Source of the DNA: Alphaproteobacteria bacterium
GTDB taxonomy: Bacteria > Pseudomonadota > Alphaproteobacteria > MPNO01
Assembly: GCA_965248835.1 (NCBI GenBank)
Contig: CBDFLJ010000001.1
Location: 1,024,001-1,088,000 of the forward strand
DNA: 64,000 nt
Reading direction: 5' to 3'
Shown here: piece after piece, positions 1 to 10,810 of the stretch
Layout of the letters: each line of letters begins with the position of its first letter
Numbering within the stretch: position 1 is the stretch's first letter
Translations under genes and position numbers: made by a program
Notes under the pieces: model-generated
The model's database searches: none
Told to the model about the DNA's origin: nothing
What the model saw: the letters and a program-made list of their open reading frames with translations, nothing else

Positions 1-83
1 TAAACCCCGACGATCTGTCGCCCCGCGAGGCGCTCGAATTCCTCTACAAGATGCGCGCGGCGCTCGACGGCGCGACATCCTGA
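1..83 (+). CDS. mutS: DNA mismatch repair protein MutS, C-terminal end (partial at window edge)
   Basis: Frame 3 reads NPDDLSPREALEFLYKMRAALDGATS*, the typical MutS tail (DxLSPREALxxLY); mutS-glnD-murJ-trpS adjacency is common in alphaproteobacteria. Confidence 0.8.
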   Translation, partial: NPDDLSPREALEFLYKMRAALDGATS

Positions 84-144
84 CCGATCCGCCGCCGCAT
101 CCGATTCCCGGTTCGGTCAATCCGAATGGCGCTATAGTCCGCCC

Positions 145-2934
145 ATGGCTTCGATCCCCAGACAGCGCGCGATCCTCGACCGGGCCGCGCTCAATGCGGC
201 CCTGGATGACGTGATCCTGGCCGCGCGCTCGGCGGCGTCGTGCCGGGCGGAGCTCCTGGGCGTGCTCAAGGATGCCCACGGTCGGGGCGATGCCGAGATC
301 CGCCGCCGCTTTGACGCCGAGGAGGCCTCGGGTGAGGATACGGTGCGCGCCCGATCCTTCCTGATCGATCAGCTCATACGGGCGATCTACGATCTGGCGG
401 CGCAACGGGTCTACCCGGCGGCTAACCCGACTTCGGCCGAGCACCAGTGCCTGACCGCGGTCGGCGGCTACGGCAGGGGCGAGTTGGCGCCCCACTCCGA
501 CATCGATCTGCTGTTCCTGGTGCCCTACAAGCCGACGCCGCGGGCCGAGCAGGTCCCGGAGTACGTGCTCTACATGCTCTGGGATCTGGGCCTGAAGGTC
601 GGCCACGCCACCCGCTCGATCCCGGACTGCATCCGCCTGTCCAAAGCCGATCAGACCATCTGCACCGCGATCCTGGAGACCCGCTACATCTGGGGCGAGA
701 AGGCGCTCTACAACGACCTGCGCGAGCGCTTTCGCAGCCAGGTCGTGGCCGGCTCGCAGACCCAGTTCGTCGAAGCCAAGCTCGCCGAGCGCGACCAGCG
801 CCATCACCGCATGGGCGATTCACGCTACGTGCTGGAGCCCAACATCAAGTACGGCAAGGGCGGGATGCGCGACCTCCAGACCATGTTCTGGATCGCCAAG
901 TACCTCTACCGCGTCGATGACGCCGCGGGCCTGGTCCGGCACAACGTGCTCACCCAGGCAGAGGCGGCCGGCTTCGACAGGGCGCAGCGTTTCTTCTGGA
1001 ACGTGCGCTGCCATCTTCACTACCTCACCGGGCGCGGCGAGGACCGCCTGACCTTTGACTACCAGGCCGAGATCGGCGAACGGCTCGGCTACCGGAACCG
1101 TGCCGGAAGCCGCGGCGTCGAGCGGTTCATGAAGCACTACTACCTGACCGCGAAAGGCGTCGGAGACCTGACCCGGATCTTCTGCGCGGCGCTGGAGGCC
1201 GAGCACACCAAGCGACCGCGGTTCGCTTTGCCCCGGCTGGGCCGCGTCCAGCGCGTCGGCGAACGGCTGACCGTCGAGAGCGGCCGGCTGGCGCTCGCCA
1301 AGCCCAACAAGTTCGCCGACCGGCCGGTCGATATCCTGCGCCTGTTCCATGCCGCCCAGGAACACGAGCTCGACGTCCATCCCCGGCCGTTGCGCTCGGT
1401 GACCCGCAACTTGCGGCTGGTCGACGGCCTGCGCGAGGATCCGGAAGCCAACCGGCTGTTCCTGGAGATGCTCACTTCGGAAAAGGATCCGGAGACGACG
1501 CTGAGACGGCTCAACGAGGCCGGGGTGTTCGGCCGGTTCATCCCGGACTTCGGCCGGATCGTCGCCCAGATGCAGCACGACATGTATCACGTCTATACCG
1601 TCGATGAGCACACCATCATGGCGATCGGGATCCTGCGCGGCATCGAGGCCGGCAGGTTCGCCGAGCAGATGCCGATCGCAACCGAGGTGGTCAAGACCGT
1701 CCACTCCAGGCGCGCGCTCTATATGGCGGTCCTGCTGCACGACATTGCCAAAGGCCGCGGCGGCGACCATTCGGTCATCGGCGAGCAGATCGCCCTGCGG
1801 CTGTGCCCGCGAGTGGGGCTGAGCGAGGAGGAGACCGAGACGACGGCCTGGCTGGTGCGCCAGCACCTGGTGATGTCGAACACCGCCTTCCGGCGCGACA
1901 TCAACGATCCGCAGACGATCGCCGATTTCGTCGAGACGGTCCGCTCGCTTGAACGGCTGCGGCTGCTGCTGGTGCTGACGGTGGCCGATATCCGTGCGGT
2001 GGGCCCCGGCGTCTGGACGGCGTGGAAGGCGGCGCTGTTGCGCGACCTCTACCGCGCCGCCGAGGAGATCCTGACCGGCGGCTTCGCGGCCGAGGGCGGA
2101 GAGCACAGGATCGCCGAGGCCAAGGACGCGCTGCGCACGGCGCTCGGCGATTTCCCGCCCGAGGATATCGAGGACCACATCGCGCGCGCCAATCCCGCCT
2201 ATTGGCTGTCGTTTTCCGCCGAGGCCCACGTCCGCCACGCGCGGCTCGTCCGCCGCGCGCGCGCCCAGGACAAGCCGCTGGCGATAGAGACCCGGATCGA
2301 CCGGTACCGCGGCGTGACCGAGATCACGCTGTGCGCGGCCGACCAGGCCGGGCTGTTTTCCCAGATTGCCGGGGCGCTTTCGATCTGCGGGGCGAACATC
2401 GTCGATGCCAAGATCGTCACCATGACCGACGGCATGGCACTGGATACCTTCTGGGTGGAGGACCGCAACGGCGGCCCGGTCACCCGGTCCGACCGGCTGG
2501 AACGGATTTCCGCGACCATTGAACGCACGCTCGCCGGCGACGGCGGGCTGCGGGAAGAGATCGGGCGGCTGATGCGCAACGAGCACCGCGGCCGCGAGCG
2601 GGTCTTCGACGTCGCCCCCCGGGTGATCATCGACAACGCCGCCAGCCGGACCCACACGGTCGTTGAGGTCAACGGCCGGGATCGGCCGGGCCTGCTGTTT
2701 GCGCTGACCCGGGCGCTGACCGCTCAGAACGTCCAGATCGCCAGCGCTCAGATCGCCACCTATGGCGAGAGCGCGGTCGATGTCTTCTACATCAAGGACG
2801 TCTTCGGGCTGAAGATCGCCCGCGAGGCCAAGCGTGCACAGATCCGTGCCGCGCTGCTGGACGCGCTTTCGTCATTCGCCGCGCCTGCGGCGCAGGGCGA
2901 TATGCCGGCGGTTGCATCGAGGCGCGCCTCGTAA
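145..2934 (+). CDS. glnD: [protein-PII] uridylyltransferase / uridylyl-removing enzyme
   Basis: 929 aa; AVGGYGRGELAPHSDIDLL nucleotidyltransferase motif, YHVYTVDEH and LLHDIAKG HD domain, two C-terminal ACT domains. Confidence 0.98.
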   Translation: MASIPRQRAILDRAALNAALDDVILAARSAASCRAELLGVLKDAHGRGDAEIRRRFDAEEASGEDTVRARSFLIDQLIRAIYDLAAQRVYPAANPTSAEHQCLTAVGGYGRGELAPHSDIDLLFLVPYKPTPRAEQVPEYVLYMLWDLGLKVGHATRSIPDCIRLSKADQTICTAILETRYIWGEKALYNDLRERFRSQVVAGSQTQFVEAKLAERDQRHHRMGDSRYVLEPNIKYGKGGMRDLQTMFWIAKYLYRVDDAAGLVRHNVLTQAEAAGFDRAQRFFWNVRCHLHYLTGRGEDRLTFDYQAEIGERLGYRNRAGSRGVERFMKHYYLTAKGVGDLTRIFCAALEAEHTKRPRFALPRLGRVQRVGERLTVESGRLALAKPNKFADRPVDILRLFHAAQEHELDVHPRPLRSVTRNLRLVDGLREDPEANRLFLEMLTSEKDPETTLRRLNEAGVFGRFIPDFGRIVAQMQHDMYHVYTVDEHTIMAIGILRGIEAGRFAEQMPIATEVVKTVHSRRALYMAVLLHDIAKGRGGDHSVIGEQIALRLCPRVGLSEEETETTAWLVRQHLVMSNTAFRRDINDPQTIADFVETVRSLERLRLLLVLTVADIRAVGPGVWTAWKAALLRDLYRAAEEILTGGFAAEGGEHRIAEAKDALRTALGDFPPEDIEDHIARANPAYWLSFSAEAHVRHARLVRRARAQDKPLAIETRIDRYRGVTEITLCAADQAGLFSQIAGALSICGANIVDAKIVTMTDGMALDTFWVEDRNGGPVTRSDRLERISATIERTLAGDGGLREEIGRLMRNEHRGRERVFDVAPRVIIDNAASRTHTVVEVNGRDRPGLLFALTRALTAQNVQIASAQIATYGESAVDVFYIKDVFGLKIAREAKRAQIRAALLDALSSFAAPAAQGDMPAVASRRAS

Positions 2935-2962
2935 TCCGGCCAGGAACTGCTATTTAAGCCGC

Positions 2963-4513
2963 ATGCGCCTGCTGAGCTCGATCGCGACCGTCGGCGGCTA
3001 CACCATGGTGAGCCGGGTCCTCGGCTTCGCGCGCGACATCCTGATCGCCGCCACGCTGGGCGCGGGTCCGGTGGCGGACGCGTTCTTCGTCGCCTTCAAG
3101 CTGCCGAATTTCTTCCGGCGCCTGTTCGCCGAGGGCGCGTTCGCCGCGGCTTTCGTGCCGCTGTTCACCGGCGTGCTGACCGACGAAGGGCTGGACGCCG
3201 CCCGCCGATTCGGCGCACAGGTCCTTGCGGTCCTGGCCGCGGCGCTGTTGGTGTTCTGCACGGCCATGCAGATCGCGATGCCCTGGGCGATGCATGTCTT
3301 CGCGCCGGGCTTCGCAGAAGATCCGGCGAAGTTCGCACTCGCCGTCGAGCTGGCGCGGATCACCTTTCCCTATCTCCTGTTCGTCTCGCTGGTCTCGCAG
3401 TTGAGCGGCATCCTCAATGCGCTCGGACGCTTCGCGGCGGCCGCGGCGGCCCCGATCCTGCTCAACATCACCCTGATCGTCATGCTCCTCGCGGCCACGC
3501 CGTATCTGGAGACCCCCGGCCACGCCCTCGCCTGGGGGGTGTGCGCCGCCGGGCTCATCCAGTTCCTGTGGCTGATCGAGGCCTGCCGGCGCCAGGGCAT
3601 GCGGTTCCATCTGCCGCGGCCGCGGCTCAACCCACGGGTCAGGCAGCTCCTGATGCGGATCCTGCCGGGCGCCGTCGGTGCCGGCGTGGTCCAGATCAAC
3701 CTGATGATCGGCACCATCCTCGCATCGCTCCTGCCGACCGGAGCGGTCTCCTACCTCTATTACGCCGACCGGGTCTACCAGCTTCCGTTGGGCGTGATCG
3801 GGGTGGCTGTGGGCACCGCGCTGCTGCCGCTGCTGTCGCGCCAGATCCGCGCCGGGGAGTTTGAGGCCGGCATGGCCAGCGTCAACCGCGCGGTCGAGTT
3901 CGCGCTGCTCTTGACCCTGCCGGCCGCGGCCGCGCTGATCGTGATCCCGGGCCCGATCATCGCCGTGCTGTTCGAGCGCGGCGCCTTCGATGCCGCGGAC
4001 AGCGCCGCGACCGCCAATACCCTGATGGCCTTCGCCCTGGGGGTGCCGGCTTTCGTGCTGGTCAAGGTGCTGGCGCCGGGGTTCTTCGCCCGCGAGGACG
4101 TGATCACCCCGGTCAAGGTGGCCGCGGTCGCGGTCGCGGCCAACATCGTGCTCAGCATTGTCCTGCTGCGGCCGCTGGAGCATGTCGGGCTGGCGCTGGC
4201 GACCTCGGCCGCCTCGTGGATCAACGCGGCCCTGCTTTGGCTCATCCTGGCCCGGCGCGGCCATTTCACCATCGACGCGCGGCTCAGGACCAGGGTGGTG
4301 CGGATGGGGCTGGCGACGATCGGCATGGTGGGCGGGCTTGCCGCGAGCCTCGCCGGCGTGGCCACCATGGTCGCCGCCGGCGGGCTGGAGCGCGCCGCGG
4401 CACTGGTCCTTCTGGTGCTTGCCGGCATTGCGTGCTACGGCGCCCTTGCGGTGCTTGCCGGGGCCGCCGGGCTCAAGGAGATGCGCCGATCGATGACCCG
4501 GCGCGGGGCTTGA
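2963..4513 (+). CDS. murJ: lipid II flippase MurJ (MviN)
   Basis: [44 protein letters not shown]; start placed at ATG 2963. Confidence 0.97.
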   Translation: MRLLSSIATVGGYTMVSRVLGFARDILIAATLGAGPVADAFFVAFKLPNFFRRLFAEGAFAAAFVPLFTGVLTDEGLDAARRFGAQVLAVLAAALLVFCTAMQIAMPWAMHVFAPGFAEDPAKFALAVELARITFPYLLFVSLVSQLSGILNALGRFAAAAAAPILLNITLIVMLLAATPYLETPGHALAWGVCAAGLIQFLWLIEACRRQGMRFHLPRPRLNPRVRQLLMRILPGAVGAGVVQINLMIGTILASLLPTGAVSYLYYADRVYQLPLGVIGVAVGTALLPLLSRQIRAGEFEAGMASVNRAVEFALLLTLPAAAALIVIPGPIIAVLFERGAFDAADSAATANTLMAFALGVPAFVLVKVLAPGFFAREDVITPVKVAAVAVAANIVLSIVLLRPLEHVGLALATSAASWINAALLWLILARRGHFTIDARLRTRVVRMGLATIGMVGGLAASLAGVATMVAAGGLERAAALVLLVLAGIACYGALAVLAGAAGLKEMRRSMTRRGA

Positions 4514-4577
4514 CCCCTCAAGGCGTTGGGAGGATAACCCGGCCGCACCCCGCCTGGTGCGGGCTGGAGCATCTGAC

Positions 4578-5576
4578 TTGAGCCGAATCTTCTCCGGCGT
4601 GCAGCCGTCGGGCAACCTGCACCTGGGCAACTATCTGGGCGCGATCCGCAACTTCGTCCGGCTGCAGGAGTCCTACGACTGCATCTACTGCGTCGTCGAT
4701 TTGCACGCGATCACGGTCTGGCAGGATCCCGCGGATCTGGTCCGCAGCACCCGGGAATGCGCGGCCACCTTTATCGCCGCGGGCATCGATCCGCAGCGCA
4801 GCATCATCTTCAACCAGTCCCGCGTGGCCGCCCACGCCGGGCTCGCCTGGATCTTCAACTGCACCGCCAGGCTCGGCTGGCTCAACCGGATGACCCAGTT
4901 CAAGGAAAAGGCGGGCAAGCACCGCGAGAATGCCTCCGTCGGTCTGTACGTCTACCCAACCCTGATGGCCGCGGACATCCTGGCCTACCGGGCGACCCAC
5001 GTGCCGGTAGGCGAGGACCAGAAGCAGCATCTCGAGCTTGCCCGCGATATCGCCCAGAAGTTCAACCACGATTTCGGAAAGGACTTCTTCCCGATCATCG
5101 AGCCGCTGATCCTGGGCGAGGCGACGAAGGTGATGAGCCTGCGCGACGGGACGGTGAAGATGAGCAAGTCCGACCCGTCCGATGCCTCGCGCATCAACCT
5201 GTCCGATCAGGCCGATGCGATCGCCCGCAAGATCCGGCGCGCGCGCACCGACTCCGAGCCGCTGCCCGACAGCCAGGCGGGCCTCGCCGGCCGGCCGGAG
5301 GCGGCGAACCTGGTCGGCATCTTTGCGGCGCTTGCCGAGCGCAGCGTCGCCGAAGTGCTGGCCGAGTACGGCGGCAGGGGGTTCGCCGACTTCAAGGGCG
5401 CGTTGAGCGACCTGGCGGTCGAGACCCTGGCGCCGATCGGTGCCGAGTTGACCCGGCTCAACGCCGATCCGGCCTATGTGGACCAGGTGCTCACCGCCGG
5501 CGCCGAGCGCGCGCGCGCCGTCGCCGACCCGGTGCTCGAAGAGGTCCATCGCATCGTCGGCCTGCTGTCCGCATGA
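4578..5576 (+). CDS. trpS: tryptophan--tRNA ligase
   Basis: [15 protein letters not shown] (HIGH-like), [18 protein letters not shown]; start TTG 4578 or GTG 4557. Confidence 0.97.
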   Translation: MSRIFSGVQPSGNLHLGNYLGAIRNFVRLQESYDCIYCVVDLHAITVWQDPADLVRSTRECAATFIAAGIDPQRSIIFNQSRVAAHAGLAWIFNCTARLGWLNRMTQFKEKAGKHRENASVGLYVYPTLMAADILAYRATHVPVGEDQKQHLELARDIAQKFNHDFGKDFFPIIEPLILGEATKVMSLRDGTVKMSKSDPSDASRINLSDQADAIARKIRRARTDSEPLPDSQAGLAGRPEAANLVGIFAALAERSVAEVLAEYGGRGFADFKGALSDLAVETLAPIGAELTRLNADPAYVDQVLTAGAERARAVADPVLEEVHRIVGLLSA

Positions 5577-5599
5577 CCGGATCACCCTGAGACCCAGGC

Positions 5600-6523
5600 A
5601 TGCAGATCTACCTGCCGATCGCCGAGATGTCCGTCAACGTGCTGCTGCTGCTCGGGCTCGGCGGCGGCGTCGGCTTCCTGTCGGGCCTGTTTGGCGTGGG
5701 CGGCGGGTTTCTGATGACCCCGCTGCTGATCTTCATCGGCGTGCCGCCAGCGGTGGCGGTCGCCACCGAGGCGAACCAGGTCGTCGCGGCGTCGGTTTCC
5801 GGCGCGCTGGCCCATTGGCGGCGCGGCAACGTCGACGTCAAGATGGGCCTGGTGCTGCTGGCCGGCGGCTTCGTCGGCTCCTCGCTGGGGGTGTGGCTGT
5901 TCACCTTCCTGCGCGGGCTGGGCCAGATCGACTTCGCGATCTCGCTGTCCTATGTCGTCTTCCTCGGCATCGTCGGCGCGCTGATGGTCGTGGAGAGCGC
6001 GCGCGCCTGGTTGCGCGCCCGCCGGCCATCGGCCCCGCCGCGCAAGCTGCACCAGCACACCTGGGTTCACGGTCTGCCGCTCAAGATGCGGTTCCGCGCC
6101 TCCAAGCTTTATGTCAGCTCGCTGCTGCCGTTCTCGGTCGGGCTGTTCGTCGGCGTGCTGGCCGCGATCATGGGTGTCGGCGGTGGGTTCGTGATGGTGC
6201 CGGCGATGATCTATCTGATCGGCATGCCGACCTCGATCGTCGTCGGCACCTCGCTGTTCCAGATCGTGTTCGTGACCGCCAACGTGACCTTCCTGCAGGC
6301 GTTCAACAACCAGACCGTGGACATCGTGCTGGCGCTGTTCCTGCTGATCGGCGGCGTGATCGGCGCCCAGATCGGCGCCCGCTTCTCGGCCAAGCTGCGC
6401 GGCGAGCAGCTTCGGATCCTGCTCGGGTTGATCGTGTTGGCGGTCTGCGTGCGGGTCGCATACGGCCTGGTAGCCACGCCGGACGATTTGTTCAGCCTGG
6501 GCGCGGTGGGGACGGTCCGATGA
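5600..6523 (+). CDS. TauE/SafE (TSUP) family membrane permease
   Basis: MQIYLPIAE start, two GxFGVGGGF repeats, multiple TM segments. Confidence 0.93.
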   Translation: MQIYLPIAEMSVNVLLLLGLGGGVGFLSGLFGVGGGFLMTPLLIFIGVPPAVAVATEANQVVAASVSGALAHWRRGNVDVKMGLVLLAGGFVGSSLGVWLFTFLRGLGQIDFAISLSYVVFLGIVGALMVVESARAWLRARRPSAPPRKLHQHTWVHGLPLKMRFRASKLYVSSLLPFSVGLFVGVLAAIMGVGGGFVMVPAMIYLIGMPTSIVVGTSLFQIVFVTANVTFLQAFNNQTVDIVLALFLLIGGVIGAQIGARFSAKLRGEQLRILLGLIVLAVCVRVAYGLVATPDDLFSLGAVGTVR

Positions 6524-7272
6524 GCGCCGCAGCACAGACTTGCGTTGCCGCCCTCGCGTTGGGCCTGATATGCGCGACCGGCGGGCCGGCGGCAGCGGCC
6601 AAAACGCTGGTCGCGGATCTGTCGAGCCATGAGATCGCGATCACCACGGGGTTCTCCGGCACCAAGCTGCTGCTGTTCGGCGCCAAGGACCCGGGCGGCG
6701 ATGTGGTGGTGGTGATCCGCGGGCCGGCCCGCGACGAGAGGGTCCGCCGGCGCGTGCGGATCGCCGGGATGTGGGTCAACGGCGCCTCGATGGTCTTCCC
6801 CGGCCTGCCGGCCTTCTACCATGTGGCCGCGACGAGGCCGCTGGAGGCGGTGGCGCCGCAGGCCGTGCTGGCGGACCGCCGGATCGGAGTCGACCGCCTC
6901 GCCCTGCCGGCGGCCGCCAATGCGACCGGAGACACCGCGCTGGTCTATCGCAAGGCGTTGATCCGCAACAAGACCCGCCAGCAGCTTTATGCCTACGACC
7001 CGACGGGGATCAAGGTCATCGGCGACCGGCTCTTCCGGACCGCCGTGATCTTCCCCGCCAACGTCCCTACCGGGCCATACCGGGTCGAGGTCTTCCTGTT
7101 CGACCAGGGCCGCGAGGTCGGCCGGCGCGAGTCCACACTGGTCGTGCGCAAGGTCGGCATCGAGGCAAGCGTGTTCAACCTCGCCCACCAGCAGTCGGCG
7201 CTATACGGGGCGGCCGCGATCCTGATCGCGCTGGGTTTCGGGTGGCTCGCCGGCGTCATATTCCGAATGTGA
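6520..7272 (+). CDS. TIGR02186-family conserved transmembrane protein
   Basis: Signal peptide, LVADLSSHEIAITTGFSG, GMWVNG, FPANVPTGPY, C-terminal TM; ATGA overlap with the TauE gene, its usual partner. Confidence 0.88.
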   Translation: MSAAAQTCVAALALGLICATGGPAAAAKTLVADLSSHEIAITTGFSGTKLLLFGAKDPGGDVVVVIRGPARDERVRRRVRIAGMWVNGASMVFPGLPAFYHVAATRPLEAVAPQAVLADRRIGVDRLALPAAANATGDTALVYRKALIRNKTRQQLYAYDPTGIKVIGDRLFRTAVIFPANVPTGPYRVEVFLFDQGREVGRRESTLVVRKVGIEASVFNLAHQQSALYGAAAILIALGFGWLAGVIFRM

Positions 7273-7291
7273 CGAGATAGGGATAGCAGGC

Positions 7292-7801
7292 ATGAGCAAC
7301 CAGGTCGCTTCCCGGGATGCCAACGGCACCGCGCCACGTTCGGACCGGGTGTTCCTGTGCGTGATCGATTCCAGCGAGGAAGTCCATGTCGCGCTGCGCT
7401 TCGCGGCGCTCAGGGCACGGCGCTCGGGCGGGCGCATCGCGCTTCTCTACGTGATGGAGCCGGGCGACTTCCAGCACTGGATGTCGGTTGCCGAGAAAAT
7501 GCGCGAGGAACGCCGCGAAGAGGCCGAGCAGGTGCTGCAGACCCACGCCGCGGAGGTCAGCGCGGTCACCGGCCAGACGCCGACTCTGTACGTGCGCGAA
7601 GGCAGCCCGCGGGACGTGATCCTCGCTCTGATCGAGGAAGAACCCTCGATCTCGATCCTCGTCCTGGGTGCGGGCACCGGCAGCAAGGGCCCCGGCCCGC
7701 TGGTGTCCTCGCTCGCCGGCAGGCTGTCGGGCCGGTTCCCGATCCCGATCACCGTGGTGCCGGGCAACCTCACCGACGAGCAGCTCGACGGGCTCGCATA
7801 G
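7292..7801 (+). CDS. universal stress protein (UspA family)
   Basis: FLCVIDSSEE...ALRFA, ILVLGAG...GPGPLVS, IPITVVPG. Confidence 0.92.
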   Translation: MSNQVASRDANGTAPRSDRVFLCVIDSSEEVHVALRFAALRARRSGGRIALLYVMEPGDFQHWMSVAEKMREERREEAEQVLQTHAAEVSAVTGQTPTLYVREGSPRDVILALIEEEPSISILVLGAGTGSKGPGPLVSSLAGRLSGRFPIPITVVPGNLTDEQLDGLA

Positions 7802-7941
7802 GCCGCCGCAGGCGCGTTGACAGCCGGCTTGGAGGCAAGCATCCTCGCGGCCAGGCGACGGTAGTCCTTGATGGGGGACGCGACTTGGCGTTGCGGGGCA
7901 AGGTGACCGCCGTCGGGGCTTTGCCGGCCGCGGCAGTCGCA

Positions 7942-8958
7942 ATGATCGGTATTCGGAAAGGCTTGATCCGCCGCTCCTTTACGTTGGGCGCGGTTCTGAC
8001 GGCGCTGGCGGCGTCGGCCTTCCTGGCTGTGCGGCCGGCATCTGAGGCGATCGGTCCGGAGACGCTTCCGACTTTGCGCGCGGGCGCGCCCGCGCCGGAC
8101 GTGAACCGGACGGTGATACCCTTCGCGCCGGTGATCCCGCCCCGGGCGAGCGTCCTCGTTCGGGCCGACACGACCGCCGCGCTGGTCGATGTCTTCGACC
8201 GACATAGCTACCGCCTTGCCGGCGTGCAGCGCTTCGGCACCGTGCCGCGGCTGTTCGTCGCCAGCTTGCCGCGGGACCTGAGAACGGTAACCGAGGCGGC
8301 GGAGCGCAAGGCGCTGTTCATACGGATCATCCTGCCGCTGGTTCTCGCGGTCAACGGAACGATTGCGGCGAACCGGGCACGCATCGAGAGGCTGCGCAGC
8401 AGACTGGTCGAAGAGCAGCCGCTGACGATCGAGCAGGAGGGCTGGCTGGCCGAGATGTTCATCCGCCACGATGTGCCGATGTTCGATTTCGCCGAGCTGC
8501 TGCGCCGGGTCGACGTCATCGCGCCCTCGCTCGCCATCGCCCAGAGCGCGGAGGAGAGCGGCTGGGGCACCTCGCGGTTCGCGCGCACGGCCAACGCGCT
8601 GTTCGGGCAGCGGATCTTCAAGGGCGGCAAGGGGCTCGTCCCGCGTGCGCGCGAGGCCGGCGCGCGCTATCGCGTGCGCGCCTTCGACCGGCTGATGGAT
8701 GCCGTGCGGGCCTATGCCGCGAACCTCAACGCGCACCCGGCCTATGCCCGGTTCCGGTCCGCGCGCGCCGATCTCCGCCGCCGCAACCGCCCGCTCGACG
8801 GGCTGGCGCTGGCCAAGACAATGCGCATGTATTCCGAACGCCGGGACGCCTATGTCGCCACGATCACGCGGATCATCCGCACCAACAGGCTGACCGTCTT
8901 CGACGACGTCCGGCTGGGCGGGGCGGCCGCGGACCTCGTCCTGGAGTCCGAGGACTGA
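7942..8958 (+). CDS. glucosaminidase-domain (Bax/FlgJ-like, GH73) peptidoglycan hydrolase
   Basis: N-terminal TM; RKALFIRIILP, RVDVIAPSLAIAQSAEESGWGTSRFA..NALFGQ, NLNAHPAY, YSER; start uncertain. Confidence 0.88.
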   Translation: MIGIRKGLIRRSFTLGAVLTALAASAFLAVRPASEAIGPETLPTLRAGAPAPDVNRTVIPFAPVIPPRASVLVRADTTAALVDVFDRHSYRLAGVQRFGTVPRLFVASLPRDLRTVTEAAERKALFIRIILPLVLAVNGTIAANRARIERLRSRLVEEQPLTIEQEGWLAEMFIRHDVPMFDFAELLRRVDVIAPSLAIAQSAEESGWGTSRFARTANALFGQRIFKGGKGLVPRAREAGARYRVRAFDRLMDAVRAYAANLNAHPAYARFRSARADLRRRNRPLDGLALAKTMRMYSERRDAYVATITRIIRTNRLTVFDDVRLGGAAADLVLESED

Positions 8959-8967
8959 GCGGCCGGG

Positions 8968-10005
8968 CTATCGGCGCAGCACGTAGAACTGTGTGCCGTA
9001 CCAGCGCCAGCGGCCCTCGCGCGCCGGCATGGTGCAGTTTATCCGGGCCCGCCCGGGCGCCAGCGGCTTGTCCAACCGGATCTCGATCCGCGCAACCCCC
9101 AGGCGCTCGATCCGGGCCTTGCCCTGGCCGGATGCGTAGCACGCCAGGGTGCCGAGGCGCTTGAGCGCTTCGCCGAACACGGTGAACCCGTAGTTCGGCG
9201 GGTTGGTCCGGGCATCGAACAGCGGGTCGAGCGGGATGACGTCCTTGACCTGCAGGGGCAGCGCGTTGGCCGCCATCCTGAAGCGGGCGATGTCGCCATA
9301 GACCTCGTTCATCGTGAACCGCGGCAGGAAGTGGAACCGAGAGCCCGGATGGAGGACCCCGGAATGCTGCCCGAACGAGGCGGTGAACCCGTGTTCGACG
9401 ACCACCTCGCGCGCCTCCAGCGACATCTCGCCGTAGGGGAAGACGAACAGCCGCGGCTTGCGGCCGAGCTCCTCCTCGAAACGGCGGTTGGACTTGACGA
9501 TGTCGCGCACGTTCCGGTCGCGGCTGACCAGCGGCATGTGAGGCCGTGAAGCGGTCTGACTGCCGATCGTCACGCCGTTTTCGGCCAGATCGCGGATCTG
9601 ATCCCAGCTCATGTAGCCGGGAACCCCGCCATCGACCGAATCGGTGGCCACGAACAGCGTAAACGGCAGTCCGGCTTTGCGCAGCCGGGGCCAGGCCTCG
9701 GTGTGGACCGAGAGATAGGCATCGTCGATGCTGAGCCCGATCGTGCGCTCCGGCAGTTCGCCGCCGTTGCGCAGCGAGGCAAGGATCTCAGGGATCGGCA
9801 GGACGTTCAGGCCGCGTTGGGCGATCTCGGCGAGATGAGCCTCGAACTGGTCGAGGCGGATATTGGTGGACGGCGTCGCATCCTCGCCGAAACGGTGATA
9901 CACCATAACGACTGCCGAGTTCGCCGCCTCGGCCCCCGACGCGACGGCAAGGCCGGTCAGGCCGACGAGCCCGGCCACCGCGGCCGCGCAGATCGAGCAA
10001 GACAT
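8968..10005 (-). CDS. polysaccharide deacetylase family protein (exported)
   Basis: Signal peptide, VVMVYHRFGE, SIDDAY, PFTLFV, YMSWDQI, FPYGE, LPRF; start at 10005 or 10029. Confidence 0.88.
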   Translation of the reverse strand: MSCSICAAAVAGLVGLTGLAVASGAEAANSAVVMVYHRFGEDATPSTNIRLDQFEAHLAEIAQRGLNVLPIPEILASLRNGGELPERTIGLSIDDAYLSVHTEAWPRLRKAGLPFTLFVATDSVDGGVPGYMSWDQIRDLAENGVTIGSQTASRPHMPLVSRDRNVRDIVKSNRRFEEELGRKPRLFVFPYGEMSLEAREVVVEHGFTASFGQHSGVLHPGSRFHFLPRFTMNEVYGDIARFRMAANALPLQVKDVIPLDPLFDARTNPPNYGFTVFGEALKRLGTLACYASGQGKARIERLGVARIEIRLDKPLAPGRARINCTMPAREGRWRWYGTQFYVLRR

Positions 10006-10163
10006 GGAACGGACCTGGAAGAGCGGCATCTTGGAGTCCAAAGCTGGGCTGGCGCCGTTTGTAGCGCGTGCCGGAACAACGCGACAAGCGGCAACTCGTA
10101 TCGGCGATCGGCCGGAACAGGTTCCGAACGCGCCGGACCGGCCCGATCCGATCGGCACATGCC

Positions 10164-10715
10164 CTAAATCATCGGCAGGTCGAGATCGGAATTGCCGAGC
10201 ACCGGATATGACCGCGCGTCGAAGAGTTGATAATGCCACCATTCGTTGCGATAGAAATCCCAGCCCGCCGCAGTCATCAAGCCCAGCAGGACCAGCCGGT
10301 TGCGCTGGGCCTCGACGCCGATCTCGGTGTTGGCGTGGTGCGACAGCGGCGTGAAGGCATCGAACGGCGTGCCCATCTCCAACGGCACGTCGTCGGCGCC
10401 GATCAGGGTGAGGTCGAGCGCCGCGCCGCGCGAATGCGGAGAACCGCGCCGCGGGTCGGCCAGGAAGTCGGGATCGGGGGTGTGGTTCCACAGCGCCCAC
10501 TGTGCCTCGCTCGGCCGGAACGCATCGTAAATACGCAGCCGCAGACCGATCCCCGCTGCCAGCCCGACCGCCCTTTCGAGCGCATGCGAGGCGTCTTCGT
10601 GCAGATAGCATGCCGCACGGCTGTAGACCGGCTTGCCGGTAAAGTTTCCCGCGGTGGCATAGACCATGTCGATCTCGACATCGAAACCCCGGGGTGTGAT
10701 CTCGACAAGCGCCAT
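10164..10715 (-). CDS. ddpX: D-alanyl-D-alanine dipeptidase (VanX/DdpX, peptidase M15D)
   Basis: YATAGNFTGKPVY, IYDAFRP, GSPHSRGAALDLTL, MGTPFD, EWWHY zinc motifs. Confidence 0.95.
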   Translation of the reverse strand: MALVEITPRGFDVEIDMVYATAGNFTGKPVYSRAACYLHEDASHALERAVGLAAGIGLRLRIYDAFRPSEAQWALWNHTPDPDFLADPRRGSPHSRGAALDLTLIGADDVPLEMGTPFDAFTPLSHHANTEIGVEAQRNRLVLLGLMTAAGWDFYRNEWWHYQLFDARSYPVLGNSDLDLPMI

Positions 10716-10810
10716 CGCGGCCCCCTGCCCGACCTGCTGGGACGGCGCGAAGATACACCAGAGGCCCGGCGCCCGGTACCGGGCGCCGCCACCCGCCCGG
10801 AAGCGGCGCC

